From: Candidatus Moraniibacteriota bacterium | Lineage (GTDB): Bacteria; Patescibacteriota; Minisyncoccia; Moranbacterales; UBA1568 | DNA length: 64,000 nucleotides | Assembly: GCA_016699385.1 (NCBI GenBank) | Contig: CP064974.1 | Location: 468,466 to 532,465 of the forward strand | Reading direction: 5' to 3' | Shown here: piece after piece, positions 1 through 10,755 of the stretch | Numbering within the stretch: the first letter of the stretch is position 1 | Layout: every line of letters begins with the position of its first letter | The notes under the pieces: model-generated | What the model was told of the DNA's origin: nothing | Database searches by the model: none | Seen by the model: the letters and a program-made list of their open reading frames with translations, nothing else | Made by a program: the position numbers and the translations under genes

Positions 1-23
1 AAATAAGAAATTATCAGGCATCT

Positions 24-1079
24 ATGAAGAACGGGGTTACACTAAAAGTTATCATCGAAAAAAGGTCGGATGCCATATATGTATATAGCAAAGCCATTAT
101 CCAGAAATTAAAAGAAAAGTATCTCGGCATTGAAGTTATCACTGTCGATAATAGGAAGTTTAAGAGCCCTTTTCTTAATATACTTCTCGAGGTCCTAAAT
201 ACGATCAAGATTATATTCCTCATCCGCCGTAAGGATATAGTTCTGTTTACCGATCCACTTCCACTCAACTTTCTCTCGTCTCTTTTCATCAAGAACAAGA
301 AGTTTTCGCTTTTTTTTCACTATGAAGAGAGTCCTCTCTATTATAAATTCCTTCCGTTTCTATCTTTTAAAAATACATTGGATTTATTTGATGGTATTAT
401 ATGCAGTTCCAACTATTCACTATCACAATTACATGCGCTTGGTATAAACAATAAAAGATGCCGCGTAATCTATGGCGGAATCGATCATCAACTTTTCAAG
501 CCAGTTTCAAAAAAATTCTATCCGTTCGAATATATCCTCAGTGTAGGTTCCGAAGAGCCAAGAAAGAATATGGAAAATATCTTGAAGTCCTTCAAAATAC
601 TGATAAAGGACTTTCCTCAAATTAAGTTACTGAAGGTTGGAAAGGCAAGTGAGAAGAACAGAAGAGACACGATGCATTGGATAGAGAATCTCCAACTTAC
701 AGAGAGTGTCGTATTCACTGACTACGTGCAAGAGGATAAGCTTTCTTCTATATATTCCGGTGCGAAGCTCCTTTTATTCCCGTCATTTCTTGAAGGATTC
801 GGACTCCCGGTTGTGGAAGCCATGGCATGCGGATGTCCTGTGGTAACTTCCAACCTGAACCCTCTTCAGGAGCTCATCGGCACAAAACAACGCGCCGTGA
901 ATCCAAATAATCCAAGAGAGATTGCACAAGAATGCAAGAACATTCTTACAAACCAGAGGTACCGGAGCACCATCATTAAGAACGGCCTCTTAAGAGTAAA
1001 GGAATTCAACTGGGAGGAAACTGCAAGTGGCATATACGATTACGTGACAAAAAAAGATAAGACTCACTACAAAAATTGA
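24..1079 (+). CDS. glycosyltransferase family 4 (GT1-like, GT-B fold)
   Basis: 351-aa ORF; C-terminal EGFGLPVVEAMACGCPVVTS motif typical of retaining GT4/GT1 glycosyltransferases. Confidence 0.8.
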   Translation: MKNGVTLKVIIEKRSDAIYVYSKAIIQKLKEKYLGIEVITVDNRKFKSPFLNILLEVLNTIKIIFLIRRKDIVLFTDPLPLNFLSSLFIKNKKFSLFFHYEESPLYYKFLPFLSFKNTLDLFDGIICSSNYSLSQLHALGINNKRCRVIYGGIDHQLFKPVSKKFYPFEYILSVGSEEPRKNMENILKSFKILIKDFPQIKLLKVGKASEKNRRDTMHWIENLQLTESVVFTDYVQEDKLSSIYSGAKLLLFPSFLEGFGLPVVEAMACGCPVVTSNLNPLQELIGTKQRAVNPNNPREIAQECKNILTNQRYRSTIIKNGLLRVKEFNWEETASGIYDYVTKKDKTHYKN

Positions 1080-1100
1080 TCTCACTCACTCCGTTTCCGG

Positions 1101-1838
1101 CTACTTTCTCGCTATCGCAAGAAGGCTTGGGGTGTGCACCTCTTGTTTCCCATGCCCCAAAATCTGAATAAAAATTTCGAATACGAACAACGCTATTTTT
1201 CGTAACGGATTCAACCATACATTACCAACTCCGAAGAAATTTCGTATTTCGCTATGTCTAAACCCTGCCACGGTGAGCACTTGCCTCATGCTGATACTAG
1301 TAAAGCCAAGTTCATGAGTGATGTCGCCATATCTATTTGCCGAACCATTAAAATAAGCAGCGCAATTTGGCACAACAACTATAAACATACCATCATTTGT
1401 CAAGATTCTCCGTACCCCCTCAAGGAAATCAAAGAGGTCTTCTTTTCTTATATGTTCTAGTACGTGCGATAAGTAAATCACATCGAATCTTTCGCTCGTA
1501 GCATGGATATATTCATTTATGTCAGTTTGGTGAAATTTATATGACTTGAATAGCCTCCTACATACAGCAAGTTCTTCCGTCGATATATCAACACCGGTCA
1601 CGTCCTGATAGCCACGCGATTGCAAAAAAAACAAGAAATTTCCATAACCACATCCAAGATCAAGAATCTTACCTCCACTGTGAACCCCTTTCTCGAACAC
1701 CTCTCCCAAGTTATCCTCTATAGGAATTTTATTCTTCCGTAATAATGCTAGAACTTGTTTTTCATCAGTAAAATCCGTTCCCTCACAATGAGAATATTGA
1801 TTCGTGAGATAGTTATCAAATACGTCTTTGTTATTCAT
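1101..1838 (-). CDS. class I SAM-dependent methyltransferase
   Basis: 245-aa ORF; glycine-rich SAM-binding motif ILDLGCGYGNF followed by acidic residue (DVTGVDIS). Confidence 0.75.
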   Translation of the reverse strand: MNNKDVFDNYLTNQYSHCEGTDFTDEKQVLALLRKNKIPIEDNLGEVFEKGVHSGGKILDLGCGYGNFLFFLQSRGYQDVTGVDISTEELAVCRRLFKSYKFHQTDINEYIHATSERFDVIYLSHVLEHIRKEDLFDFLEGVRRILTNDGMFIVVVPNCAAYFNGSANRYGDITHELGFTSISMRQVLTVAGFRHSEIRNFFGVGNVWLNPLRKIALFVFEIFIQILGHGKQEVHTPSLLAIARK

Positions 1839-1852
1839 TGTAATCTATTAGC

Positions 1853-2689
1853 TTATTTAACAATTCTTCCCCTTACATAGATCCTGTTCAGTCCAAGATA
1901 CAAATATACCAGATACAAAAATTGCTCAAGAATGTGTCTATATCCACGCGCAGTAAACCGTATATGATACAAAAATATTGCCTTAAGATTAATCTTAAGC
2001 ATTATATAAACCTGACGCTTGATATTTGATATACTCACAGATCCAACATGAGCTCTCTTTTTATACAACACTTCATGCATATTCTCGAAATAGACCCCGA
2101 GTGAGAACCAACGAAGCCATAATTCATAATCTTCAGCATCGTCGTACGTCCTATCGTAATATCCGTACTCAACGAAGGTCTTCCGTTTAATCATGCAAGT
2201 AGGATTGTGCACCGGCGGAGTTCCATTGCGCAAATCGTTAGAATCGGCAGACACCACTGTTTCACATTTATCTTCCACATCTTCGAAAAATAAACAGTAG
2301 GACGTCCCAAGAACATCAATGCTAGGATTAACCCTAAAAAAATAGACTTGCTTCTCAAATCTATCATGAAGACATATATCATCCGAATCAACTATTACTA
2401 TATACTCTCCTTTCGAAAATCTAATCGCCTTATTTCTCGTTTCGGATTGTCCTAAATTTTTCTCATTCCTCAGGTAGACAATCCGATTATCCTTTCCAGC
2501 GTATTCCTGAATAATGTTCTCACTCATATCAACAGACCCATCATCCACAATGATAAACTCGAAGTTTCTATATGTCTGAGCTAAAACACTTTCAATTGAT
2601 TTTCGAAGAAATTTCTCGCTGTTGTAGACAGCCATGACTACAGAGAGAAGGGGTTCCATTCTTGCAACTATCACGTCAACAGAGTTCAT
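1853..2689 (-). CDS. glycosyltransferase family 2
   Basis: N-terminal LSVVMAVYNSEKFLRKSIESVLAQTY...FIIVDDGS, classic GT2 signature. Confidence 0.8.
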   Translation of the reverse strand: MNSVDVIVARMEPLLSVVMAVYNSEKFLRKSIESVLAQTYRNFEFIIVDDGSVDMSENIIQEYAGKDNRIVYLRNEKNLGQSETRNKAIRFSKGEYIVIVDSDDICLHDRFEKQVYFFRVNPSIDVLGTSYCLFFEDVEDKCETVVSADSNDLRNGTPPVHNPTCMIKRKTFVEYGYYDRTYDDAEDYELWLRWFSLGVYFENMHEVLYKKRAHVGSVSISNIKRQVYIMLKINLKAIFLYHIRFTARGYRHILEQFLYLVYLYLGLNRIYVRGRIVK

Positions 2690-2695
2690 ATAAAA

Positions 2696-3670
2696 TCATT
2701 TTTTTGATAGCCTTTCCATATCTGCATCAACCATCATCTTAACTAGCTCCTCGAATTTTACCTTTGGCTTCCACCCAAGCACCTTCTTCGCTTTATTGTT
2801 CGTTCCATGCAAAGCAAAAAGCTCGGCAGGTCGCTTGAATCGCGGATCCAACTTTACATATCGACTCCAATTATCAATACCAACCCGCTTAAAAGCAAGA
2901 TTGAGGAAATCCCTGATTGAGTGCGTTTCTCCAGTTGAAACGATGTAATTATCAGGCTGTTCCTGTTGCAGCATAAGCCACATTGCCTCCACATAGTCAC
3001 CAGCGAATCCCCAATCACGTTTGCTCTCAAGATTCCCAAGTCGTATATCTTTCGCCAGCCCTAATTTTATACGAACTACTCCGTCAGTTATTTTCCTCGT
3101 AACGAATTCCATCCCCCGAATCGGTGATTCATGATTGAAAAGTATCCCATTTGCACAGTACATCCCATAACTCTCCTTGAAATTGATAGTCATCCAGTAC
3201 GCGTAGAGCTTGGCGATGGCGTACGGACTCCTCGGGTGAAATGGTGTCTCCTCGGTCTGCAATCCGTTCTTGTGGCTGTTGCCGAACATTTCGCTCGTCG
3301 ATGCCTGATAGAATTTTGTCGTTGGGGAGAAATACTTGATCGCGTTGAGCAGATACAGAACACCGAGCGCGTTGATTTCAGTCGTAACCTTTGATTGGTC
3401 CCACGACGCCCCGACAAAGGACTGGGCGGCTAGATTGTATACTTCGTCTGGATGGATGGTCTTGATGAGATTGATCATCGATGATTCGTCTGTCATATCT
3501 CCGGATACAAATTCTATTCCATCCGTCACATCGAGATAATCGGTATTGCTGAAATTCGGATTAGCATAACGCCGGATAAGCCCGTAAACCTTGTAATCCT
3601 TCTCCAACAGGAGTTTGGCAAGGTAAGGGCCATCTTGCCCTAAGATTCCGGTGATAAGTGCCGTCTTTTT
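2696..3670 (-). CDS. gmd: GDP-mannose 4,6-dehydratase
   Basis: KTALITGILGQDGPYLAKLL Rossmann N-terminus; SEMFG and LFNHESPIRG motifs diagnostic of Gmd. ORF extends to 3709 but the homologous start is the internal MKKTALITG. Confidence 0.85.
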   Translation of the reverse strand, partial: KKTALITGILGQDGPYLAKLLLEKDYKVYGLIRRYANPNFSNTDYLDVTDGIEFVSGDMTDESSMINLIKTIHPDEVYNLAAQSFVGASWDQSKVTTEINALGVLYLLNAIKYFSPTTKFYQASTSEMFGNSHKNGLQTEETPFHPRSPYAIAKLYAYWMTINFKESYGMYCANGILFNHESPIRGMEFVTRKITDGVVRIKLGLAKDIRLGNLESKRDWGFAGDYVEAMWLMLQQEQPDNYIVSTGETHSIRDFLNLAFKRVGIDNWSRYVKLDPRFKRPAELFALHGTNNKAKKVLGWKPKVKFEELVKMMVDADMERLSKK

Positions 3671-3727
3671 CATACTCTCTGAAATATCAATGGTTACTTG
3701 CACAGACAATTAAGCTCTCATATCCTA

Positions 3728-4867
3728 TCACAAACCATCCTCTATATACACCCAGAAAACGCAGTCTTCACGAGCAGACAGAGCATGCGGGATATTTGCA
3801 GTAATCCATGCCGACTGCCCCGCATCCAGGACAAATGATTCCTTGATTGATGATATCTCCATAGATCCCCTTTTAATGTGAATATACTTCATTGGCAAGT
3901 TCTGAACCCTGCTTACATCGGGGCAATACTGATAGTTGCCACTTTGGCCTTTCGCTAGCTCATATTCCTTTCCATCTGTCGGTCTCGGCATGACCCGACC
4001 CTCAACGCGAAGACGCTCCGGGTACAGACCGCGCTTTATCAATGACGAGTTGCTCAGCTTGTTGTCATCATCCCAATTCGCGAAAAGCTCTTCCTTTAGG
4101 CCTCCGACTTTCAAGGGCAACAATTCCGGGTCACAATCAAACAATGATCTTTCTAAATTAAACGGAGTAGCGGAAGGATAGATACCGAATCGGACGCCAA
4201 AAGGCGAAATCAGTCTATTTACACTGAACCAAAATGCCCGGTCGCGCGGATAAAAGAAAAGAGTGTTCTCCATAAGTGCGCGTAAAAGAAAGGGCACTTG
4301 TATGAGAAGCTTCTTTTCAATTGTCAACAGCTTTTGAAAATACTTTCTCGTACAGATACCCGCCAATGAATAGGGGTAGAAATGGCGATTACTCTTCTTA
4401 AGATTCTCAATATCCTTCTTACCAAATCGGAAAGAAAAGAAATGTTTTGAGTAATCAGGATAAAGCCCTTCGGCACTTCCCATGCTTAAACCGATATTAA
4501 AGAAGGAATACGAAAAATACTCTATTTTGGAATCGATCATGTCTTGAATGACATCTTTGAAATGATCGAGTGGCTTCAGAAGGAAGTGATCCTCGAGAAA
4601 AATGTAAACGCAACCATACTTCGAATATTCGAGCATCTTCTCCGTGCTCTTCGCCCAATTATCATCGTAAAGACTGGAGAAAAAAATACAATTCTTTGTG
4701 GAGTCATCGAAATTCTCCCTGATGTATTCCAGTACGGCCTCGCGGTGCTTTCCTCGTATATTGACCAGCCAATTGTCGGAAATACCATACACACGAGGAA
4801 ACGTCTGTTTGAATAATTCGAACTTAAGATCCGAATTTATGAAGACATTGCAGACCGCAGTAAGCAT
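3728..4867 (-). CDS. hypothetical protein, possible C-terminal cupin-like domain
   Basis: Long ORF in glycan cluster; no confident family. C-terminal ~100 aa has cupin-like spacing (HIKRG...NIPHAL). ORF-track start at 4927 overlaps the upstream gene by 56 nt, so I trimmed it to the internal Met. Confidence 0.4.
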   Translation of the reverse strand: MLTAVCNVFINSDLKFELFKQTFPRVYGISDNWLVNIRGKHREAVLEYIRENFDDSTKNCIFFSSLYDDNWAKSTEKMLEYSKYGCVYIFLEDHFLLKPLDHFKDVIQDMIDSKIEYFSYSFFNIGLSMGSAEGLYPDYSKHFFSFRFGKKDIENLKKSNRHFYPYSLAGICTRKYFQKLLTIEKKLLIQVPFLLRALMENTLFFYPRDRAFWFSVNRLISPFGVRFGIYPSATPFNLERSLFDCDPELLPLKVGGLKEELFANWDDDNKLSNSSLIKRGLYPERLRVEGRVMPRPTDGKEYELAKGQSGNYQYCPDVSRVQNLPMKYIHIKRGSMEISSIKESFVLDAGQSAWITANIPHALSAREDCVFWVYIEDGL

Positions 4868-4871
4868 ACCT

Positions 4872-6005
4872 CTACTCGAAAATAACGACCTCTGAATTGA
4901 TTTCCTGCAGTTGCTTGAGGATTTCATCCCTGTATATACCCACTTTCAGGACCACACCAACCTTCCCCTTGCCTCTCAAAGCCTTCGGATTCTGAACCAT
5001 GAACGGCGTTCCGTAGAGACGCCTCCCCTGCTTCAAGGAAGAATTATCCAGCAGGGCGACAATCTTTTCCTTCTTCAATCCGAATTCAAACAAGTATTGC
5101 GCGAAGATATGCGCCCCGAACACATATACCTCCCCTCCTCCAAAAGCATCTATTTTTTTGTTGAGCTCCGCTACAAGCCCCGTGTAGTACTCTATGTAGT
5201 TGTTGAAAATTTTTCTATATTCCTGGTATTTGTTCTCGAATGATACGCCCGTTTCCGGAGTCGAGAGCTTCTCAACTGTATAGAATACGCTGTGATCCTT
5301 GTAGAAATATTTGTCCGCAATACGAAAACCATGTTTACGGAAAAGGTAATCGACGAAGTAGTCGGTTAAGAACATCGTGTGTTCGAAGTTGATGGCATTC
5401 GTATATTTGTTTTCAAGCCACAGCTTGAGATTCGGATAGGCACAGATAAGTTTCTGTCCGGGTTTCAGAAATTTCGCTATAGATTCCACGAATTGATTCG
5501 GATCGTATGCATGCTCCATGACTTGTGAAAATACCACTGTATCCACTCCCCCCTCGTACTTGAAACTTTCGTCAAAAAAAGAGCGCTTTATTTTTACCCG
5601 ATCATTCCCTGGATGCAACGGATTCGGCTCAACAAGAGTCCACGATGTCCCCTCGGTGATGCCCGTGAAGATATCAGCCAGTTTTCCCGCGCCACCTCCG
5701 ATTTCAAGGATATCCTTTGAAGGTTGTTTCTTTATATAATCCGCGAAATCATGATAATACTGTTCCCATGTCGGCCCAGTTCCATCGACATGCTGTTCCT
5801 GATAGAGGATATCGAGCGGTATGAGTTTATCAAGCTGGATTACCCCAGATTCCGGGCAGATAGCCCAACTCATATCCGCCTTCAAATCTCTTTCATGACC
5901 ATGTTCCACGCAACCGAAAAATACCGGAAAATCTCTGAAGGTATATAACTGCTCAAGATTCTCCTTCCCGGTAACAACGCTCTCGTTTCTGATAACGTAT
6001 TCCAT
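4872..6005 (-). CDS. SAM-dependent methyltransferase (sugar C-methyltransferase-like)
   Basis: LEIGGGAGKLAD SAM motif and VVFSQVMEHAYDPNQF motif; N-terminal Cys/His-containing region as in TylCIII-like C-methyltransferases. ORF to 6050 trimmed to internal Met to avoid overlap with the HAD gene. Confidence 0.7.
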   Translation of the reverse strand: MEYVIRNESVVTGKENLEQLYTFRDFPVFFGCVEHGHERDLKADMSWAICPESGVIQLDKLIPLDILYQEQHVDGTGPTWEQYYHDFADYIKKQPSKDILEIGGGAGKLADIFTGITEGTSWTLVEPNPLHPGNDRVKIKRSFFDESFKYEGGVDTVVFSQVMEHAYDPNQFVESIAKFLKPGQKLICAYPNLKLWLENKYTNAINFEHTMFLTDYFVDYLFRKHGFRIADKYFYKDHSVFYTVEKLSTPETGVSFENKYQEYRKIFNNYIEYYTGLVAELNKKIDAFGGGEVYVFGAHIFAQYLFEFGLKKEKIVALLDNSSLKQGRRLYGTPFMVQNPKALRGKGKVGVVLKVGIYRDEILKQLQEINSEVVIFE

Positions 6006-6018
6006 AAAATTCAGATAA

Positions 6019-6552
6019 TTACTCGGTTTTCTTCCACGCACCCGAACCATCCTTCAGATCAAGCGAATGCACATCGAACGGTTCATCGAAGAATTTCTCC
6101 AGGATATGAAGACAAGCTTCTGCGACCGCACCCTCCCCTCCCTGGGAATTTGTCACGAAATCAGCCATCTCTTTCGTCCTGAAGAACGAATTTGCAGGCG
6201 CGATGCTATAAGCGACATACTTGAAGACGAGCGGATCAAATATCCCATCCCCCATATAAATCGTCTCCTCCGGATCGAATCGTTCACGAATCCATTCTAT
6301 CCGCTCAAACGTACTTACCTGATCGAGCGGGAGCTTCATGTCGTTGGAAATCCGCCTCTTGGTTATCGCGAAGCCGTTTTTGTCCCCGGAAACCGCATGA
6401 ATATAAAGCTTTCCTTTGAGAAGAGTAAGGGCGTCATTATCTTCCGGTCCGAACTTCTTCATCACTTTCCCATCAACGGTATAGTAAAATTTCCCATCGG
6501 TGAAAACACCATCGACATCAAGGATAAAGTTTTTGATCATTTTCTTTTCCAT
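6019..6552 (-). CDS. HAD-IIIA family sugar-phosphate phosphatase (KdsC-like)
   Basis: 177 aa; ILDVDGVFTDGKFYY motif as in Kdo8P-phosphatase KdsC/YrbI. Confidence 0.7.
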   Translation of the reverse strand: MEKKMIKNFILDVDGVFTDGKFYYTVDGKVMKKFGPEDNDALTLLKGKLYIHAVSGDKNGFAITKRRISNDMKLPLDQVSTFERIEWIRERFDPEETIYMGDGIFDPLVFKYVAYSIAPANSFFRTKEMADFVTNSQGGEGAVAEACLHILEKFFDEPFDVHSLDLKDGSGAWKKTE

Positions 6553-6557
6553 AATCC

Positions 6558-8141
6558 CTATTCTTCGTTAAGCGCACGCCATAAATTCAATTTCCCAAAA
6601 TAAAAGAGGAAGAGATCGAACGGATGATGGTGCAATGGCGACATATTGAGCCAAATAATCGCAGTGAGAACCATTACCTTCTTCCTATCATATTCGTTTC
6701 GGTCAAGAAAATCTAACAAGATTTTCTGACATTGCACAAGATTCTCCTTACGGAGAATATCACACGCAATCTCCTCCCTATCAATATCAATTGTAAAGAG
6801 ATTTTTATTCACAATGCTGTGATTCACAGTAAGATTGTGATTAAGCTTAGCAAAATCGTAATACATATCCCCAGAGCGGAGTAATCCTCCAAAGTTCTGC
6901 CTCCAGTCCAGAAGCGAAAATCCAGTCTTTGTCCTAATAATATTGTCAAGGATGAAATCACCATGAAAATGGCTCTGCTCTGCATTGCAAAGCCAGTCAA
7001 AATTCACCTTCTTCAAAATATCCCTCACCGAAGGAACATCCTCGCCATTAATAACACTTTTTCCATCCTTCACGCTGCGAGAGGTCATAAACGTCTTAAT
7101 CCGCTCTTCCGTCTTGGTCACATAAAAGTCATGACATATTTCCTTGAATCTCTTCCGAGACACTTCATCCTCCTTCTTCCAAAGATTCTTCTTTGACCAA
7201 TTGAGAAATTCTTTAAAATTTTCTGGAGCAGCAACATCCGAATACAGGTCTCCATTCACATACCGATACTGATAGAAATTTTCTTTCTGCCCTTCGATTC
7301 TTGGAACAAGTTTCCCAAGTACCTTCGCTCGTTCAACTCGCTCCGTCACATTCCGTTTTTCCGCAAAGAATTTCACAACAAACTTCTCAAAAATAAAGAT
7401 AGACTCATCTACCTTGTCGAGTATATGAAAGGAGTCACTAATATCTGTACGAGCCCAATGAAGGCTTTCGACATTTCCAATATCGTACCATTTTTTGAAT
7501 TCGACTGCCTGAAACGATACGCCACTTTCAATCATGTCCCGAATCGCATAGACATCGCCAAGTGCGCTATCATTCGGATTTCGTTTGTACATTTTCCGAA
7601 GACTCTTCCAGAAATCAGCATAACCGGAAATACCAATCAGTCCGATATGGAGAAAGTCCGGGTCAATCGTCCCCTTATCATACATCTGCTGAACCACCTG
7701 CCCATCATATACATCGAAGGAAGCATAGTGCGAAGATCCCTCGCCACGAAATCCGCCAATCCAATTCCTCCTTGGTGTAGGGATCTTTCCAATAACAATC
7801 GTATCGCAAGCATGATAGATAAATGGGCATTGGAGCAATGATTCCGCTTGGAGCATCGAGTAACCGAGACTCGTCCCAGGACCTTCATATTTCCCAACCT
7901 CCACAAATTCGAATTTTCTGTCTGGATAAACCAGACTAAGAAAATCCCGGACATGATCCGCAAAGTATCCAATCGTGATGACAAATTCAATATTCTTGGG
8001 GTATGCCTCGATTATATATGAAATAACAGGCTTTTTTCCAATTTTCACCAATGATTTATTGGTATACTTCGTGATATCCCCAAGCCGCGATCCGGTACCG
8101 GAAGTTGTAATGAGAACTTTGTATGCCGATTTCTCTTTCAT
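6558..8141 (-). CDS. bifunctional nucleotidyltransferase / APH-choline-kinase-fold kinase (LicC-LicA-like fusion)
   Basis: N-terminal NTP-transferase motif VLITTSGTGSRLGDITKYTNKSLVKIGKKPVI (G-x-G-x-R-L). C-terminal kinase catalytic HGDFILDNII (H-x-D-x4-N) as in choline kinase LicA / aminoglycoside phosphotransferases. Confidence 0.65.
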   Translation of the reverse strand: MKEKSAYKVLITTSGTGSRLGDITKYTNKSLVKIGKKPVISYIIEAYPKNIEFVITIGYFADHVRDFLSLVYPDRKFEFVEVGKYEGPGTSLGYSMLQAESLLQCPFIYHACDTIVIGKIPTPRRNWIGGFRGEGSSHYASFDVYDGQVVQQMYDKGTIDPDFLHIGLIGISGYADFWKSLRKMYKRNPNDSALGDVYAIRDMIESGVSFQAVEFKKWYDIGNVESLHWARTDISDSFHILDKVDESIFIFEKFVVKFFAEKRNVTERVERAKVLGKLVPRIEGQKENFYQYRYVNGDLYSDVAAPENFKEFLNWSKKNLWKKEDEVSRKRFKEICHDFYVTKTEERIKTFMTSRSVKDGKSVINGEDVPSVRDILKKVNFDWLCNAEQSHFHGDFILDNIIRTKTGFSLLDWRQNFGGLLRSGDMYYDFAKLNHNLTVNHSIVNKNLFTIDIDREEIACDILRKENLVQCQKILLDFLDRNEYDRKKVMVLTAIIWLNMSPLHHHPFDLFLFYFGKLNLWRALNEE

Positions 8142-8149
8142 GATGGTAG

Positions 8150-8821
8150 TTATAACAGAGTCGATCTGAATTTAACAATTCTATCCTCAAGATTGGCTGG
8201 TGGCTGAAAAATCGTTCCGGTTCCACATACAAGTATATTCGCGCCGGATTGCTTCATTTGCACACCGCTCTCCGGTGTTACGCCGCCATCTATCTCTATC
8301 AAGATGTTTCTTTCTATTTCATCTATTCTCTTCCGCAAATCAGCAATTTTCCGCATCGTCCCAGGAATCAATTTGTGTCCAACTATCCCAGGATTGATTG
8401 CCATAAGCATCACAATATCAAGATCCTCAAGGATATAATCCAGCACCGAAAGCGACGTCCCATAGTTAAGTGCCAGTCCTACTTGAACCCCAGCATCCTT
8501 AATATGCCTGACAGTCCGATGTACATGCTGGAGTGGCTCGATATGTGGCGTCAACGCTGTCGCTCCAGCATCAGCAAAGTCCTTTATATATGGTTCCGGA
8601 TCTTGCACCATCATATGAACTTCTATCGGCAAATTAGTTTTTGAGCGAATCGCCTTCAGATATTCCGGAAACAGACCGTATCGAGGGACAAACACCCCGT
8701 CCATTACGTCAAAGTGGATGGAGTCGACTCCTCCTTTCTCAAGTGCAGCCAAATCAACCTCGAGATTAAGTGGATTTCCACAAATAATCGACGCCGCCAG
8801 TTGACACTGGTGATTAAACAT
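8150..8821 (-). CDS. rpe: ribulose-phosphate 3-epimerase
   Basis: SIHFDVMDGVFVP...VHMMV...MLMAINPG...IEIDGG motifs co-linear with E. coli Rpe. Confidence 0.8.
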   Translation of the reverse strand: MFNHQCQLAASIICGNPLNLEVDLAALEKGGVDSIHFDVMDGVFVPRYGLFPEYLKAIRSKTNLPIEVHMMVQDPEPYIKDFADAGATALTPHIEPLQHVHRTVRHIKDAGVQVGLALNYGTSLSVLDYILEDLDIVMLMAINPGIVGHKLIPGTMRKIADLRKRIDEIERNILIEIDGGVTPESGVQMKQSGANILVCGTGTIFQPPANLEDRIVKFRSTLL

Positions 8822-8829
8822 AGATTTGA

Positions 8830-9384
8830 TTATTCAAGATTGGAGTGACGATTCCACATAGTGTCATGAGTCTCGCTCATCCTTTCCATAAGTTCAAGAA
8901 TGATTGCGTCATAGAATATGCCGAGACATTGTTCATTAAGCGTCGTCATCGGTTGAATAGAGGTGAATCCTTCAATTGGTTTTGTTTTCGACGGCGCCTT
9001 AACCTCAACAATCGTATCAGCAATTTTCCCCATCCTCGACGCCGTGTTTCCCGTAACAAGAGCTATTTTCGCACCATTTTTCTTAGCAATCTCAACAAGA
9101 TCATAAATCGTCTGTGTCTCTCCTGACCCGGAACTCACAAGAAATAAATCACCCTTCCCTATGGAGGGGACAATCGAATCTCCTAAGGTAAATGCCTCCA
9201 AACCAAGATGTCCTAAGCGCATACCAAACCCTCTTGTAGCCATACCAACACGCCCAGCCCCACAAACGACGATTTTTCTTGCATTAAGAATATCATTCAC
9301 AAGTCTTCCAGCTTCTTTTTCGTCGAGTTTTTCCAAGACAGACTCAATTTCCCTAAGAATTTTTTTCACATTTTCTTTCAACAT
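8830..9384 (-). CDS. SIS-domain sugar-phosphate isomerase (6-phospho-3-hexuloisomerase / arabinose-5-P isomerase-like)
   Basis: 184 aa; VVCGAGRVGMATRGFGMRLGHLG matches SIS isomerase GAGRSG...FAMRLMHLG core. Confidence 0.65.
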   Translation of the reverse strand: MLKENVKKILREIESVLEKLDEKEAGRLVNDILNARKIVVCGAGRVGMATRGFGMRLGHLGLEAFTLGDSIVPSIGKGDLFLVSSGSGETQTIYDLVEIAKKNGAKIALVTGNTASRMGKIADTIVEVKAPSKTKPIEGFTSIQPMTTLNEQCLGIFYDAIILELMERMSETHDTMWNRHSNLE

Positions 9385-9395
9385 ATCCAGAACAG

Positions 9396-10748
9396 TTAGA
9401 GAATACCTACCCCGTCATTATACACTCCTAGTTTTTCCTTGCCAATAAGCCTTCTTTGAAAGAAGACTGCTATCCCAATATTCGCGATGAACATATACAC
9501 AAGAGCAAGAATGCTCACTCTTTCAAAGAAAATCAATACAAAATACCCAACCAGATGAACAAGATTTATACCATTAAATATAATGACATACTTTTTATAG
9601 AGGTCCTTCGATAATGCCATAATTGTCGACGAATACACAGTCAACACAATCTGAAGTGTAGCCAGAAGTCCAAAACTCACGATATAGACTAAACTCTGCC
9701 CATACTGACTCCCAAAAAGAAACATAATGAAATAGATGATAAGGCACAGCAACAGAAAAATCGGAGCTGCTCCGAGAAGGAATACCCGGTCAAGCTTCTT
9801 TATAAACAAATTATCGGATATTCTTGATATAGCTGGGAAATAGACATTCACAAACATTTGAGTCGCCTGTGCAATAAGATTGGTTGAAGCAGTAAAATAC
9901 GCCATGTAAATCCCCAACTCTTGGATACTCAGATATTGCACGATAATAATCTTATCCATAACATTGAATGCTACCCCTAGAGAGGAACTCAGTACAACGA
10001 CCCATGCATATGATAATTGATGTTTCAAAACACTAAAACGAAACTTCGAGAAATACGTTCTGAATGTCCCTACCCCGTAGATGATAAAACCGATATACCC
10101 GATAAACAAAACGAAAACATAAGAACGATAGGATGCTTCCTGCAAGAAGAAAAAAATAGCGACAAAAGAAAAAACCGTAAGGAAAACCTCCGCTATTCTT
10201 GAAAAAAACTGCTCCTTAAAAAGATGGAGTCCGCGAAAAAAAATATCAGTTATTGATCTGAATATCAAAGCAATGGAATATACAATCGTGACCACCAGAA
10301 ATATGGCGTCAAAGTGAAAATTCTGTCTGAAAAAGAAAAATACTAAAAAAGTCGATAAGACTGTCACAATACTCGAAAAGCTAACAAAAATTAGTGTCGT
10401 AGTGAGATTATCGGATTGATCTTCTCTTTTCTGACTTCTTGAAAGGAAATGGAGGCCAGCGATATCCATCCCGAATACCGCTGGCAACATCACTATCTGA
10501 CTAACTGCAAGTACAAGACCATAAAGCCCGTATTGTTCCGGTCCCATATACCGTCCCCCAAGTACGTTTACAAAAAGCATCGCTATGGAGGCAAAAATCC
10601 CGCCGGAAAACGACCAGGAAAGATTTCCTAAAAATCCCTTCATTGTATCGCTCATCGCGTGTCCAAAAAGCCGGAGATGGACAATCTCCGCGAGACGAAA
10701 AAGATTTTCCTGTAATTTTACACTTGTCATCGGAGAAATAAACGCCAT
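9396..10748 (-). CDS. polysaccharide biosynthesis flippase (Wzx/MOP family)
   Basis: ~450-aa highly hydrophobic multi-TM protein in glycan cluster. ORF-track start 10916 overlaps rfbA, so I trimmed it to an internal Met. Confidence 0.6.
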   Translation of the reverse strand: MAFISPMTSVKLQENLFRLAEIVHLRLFGHAMSDTMKGFLGNLSWSFSGGIFASIAMLFVNVLGGRYMGPEQYGLYGLVLAVSQIVMLPAVFGMDIAGLHFLSRSQKREDQSDNLTTTLIFVSFSSIVTVLSTFLVFFFFRQNFHFDAIFLVVTIVYSIALIFRSITDIFFRGLHLFKEQFFSRIAEVFLTVFSFVAIFFFLQEASYRSYVFVLFIGYIGFIIYGVGTFRTYFSKFRFSVLKHQLSYAWVVVLSSSLGVAFNVMDKIIIVQYLSIQELGIYMAYFTASTNLIAQATQMFVNVYFPAISRISDNLFIKKLDRVFLLGAAPIFLLLCLIIYFIMFLFGSQYGQSLVYIVSFGLLATLQIVLTVYSSTIMALSKDLYKKYVIIFNGINLVHLVGYFVLIFFERVSILALVYMFIANIGIAVFFQRRLIGKEKLGVYNDGVGIL

Positions 10749-10755
10749 TAAGTAT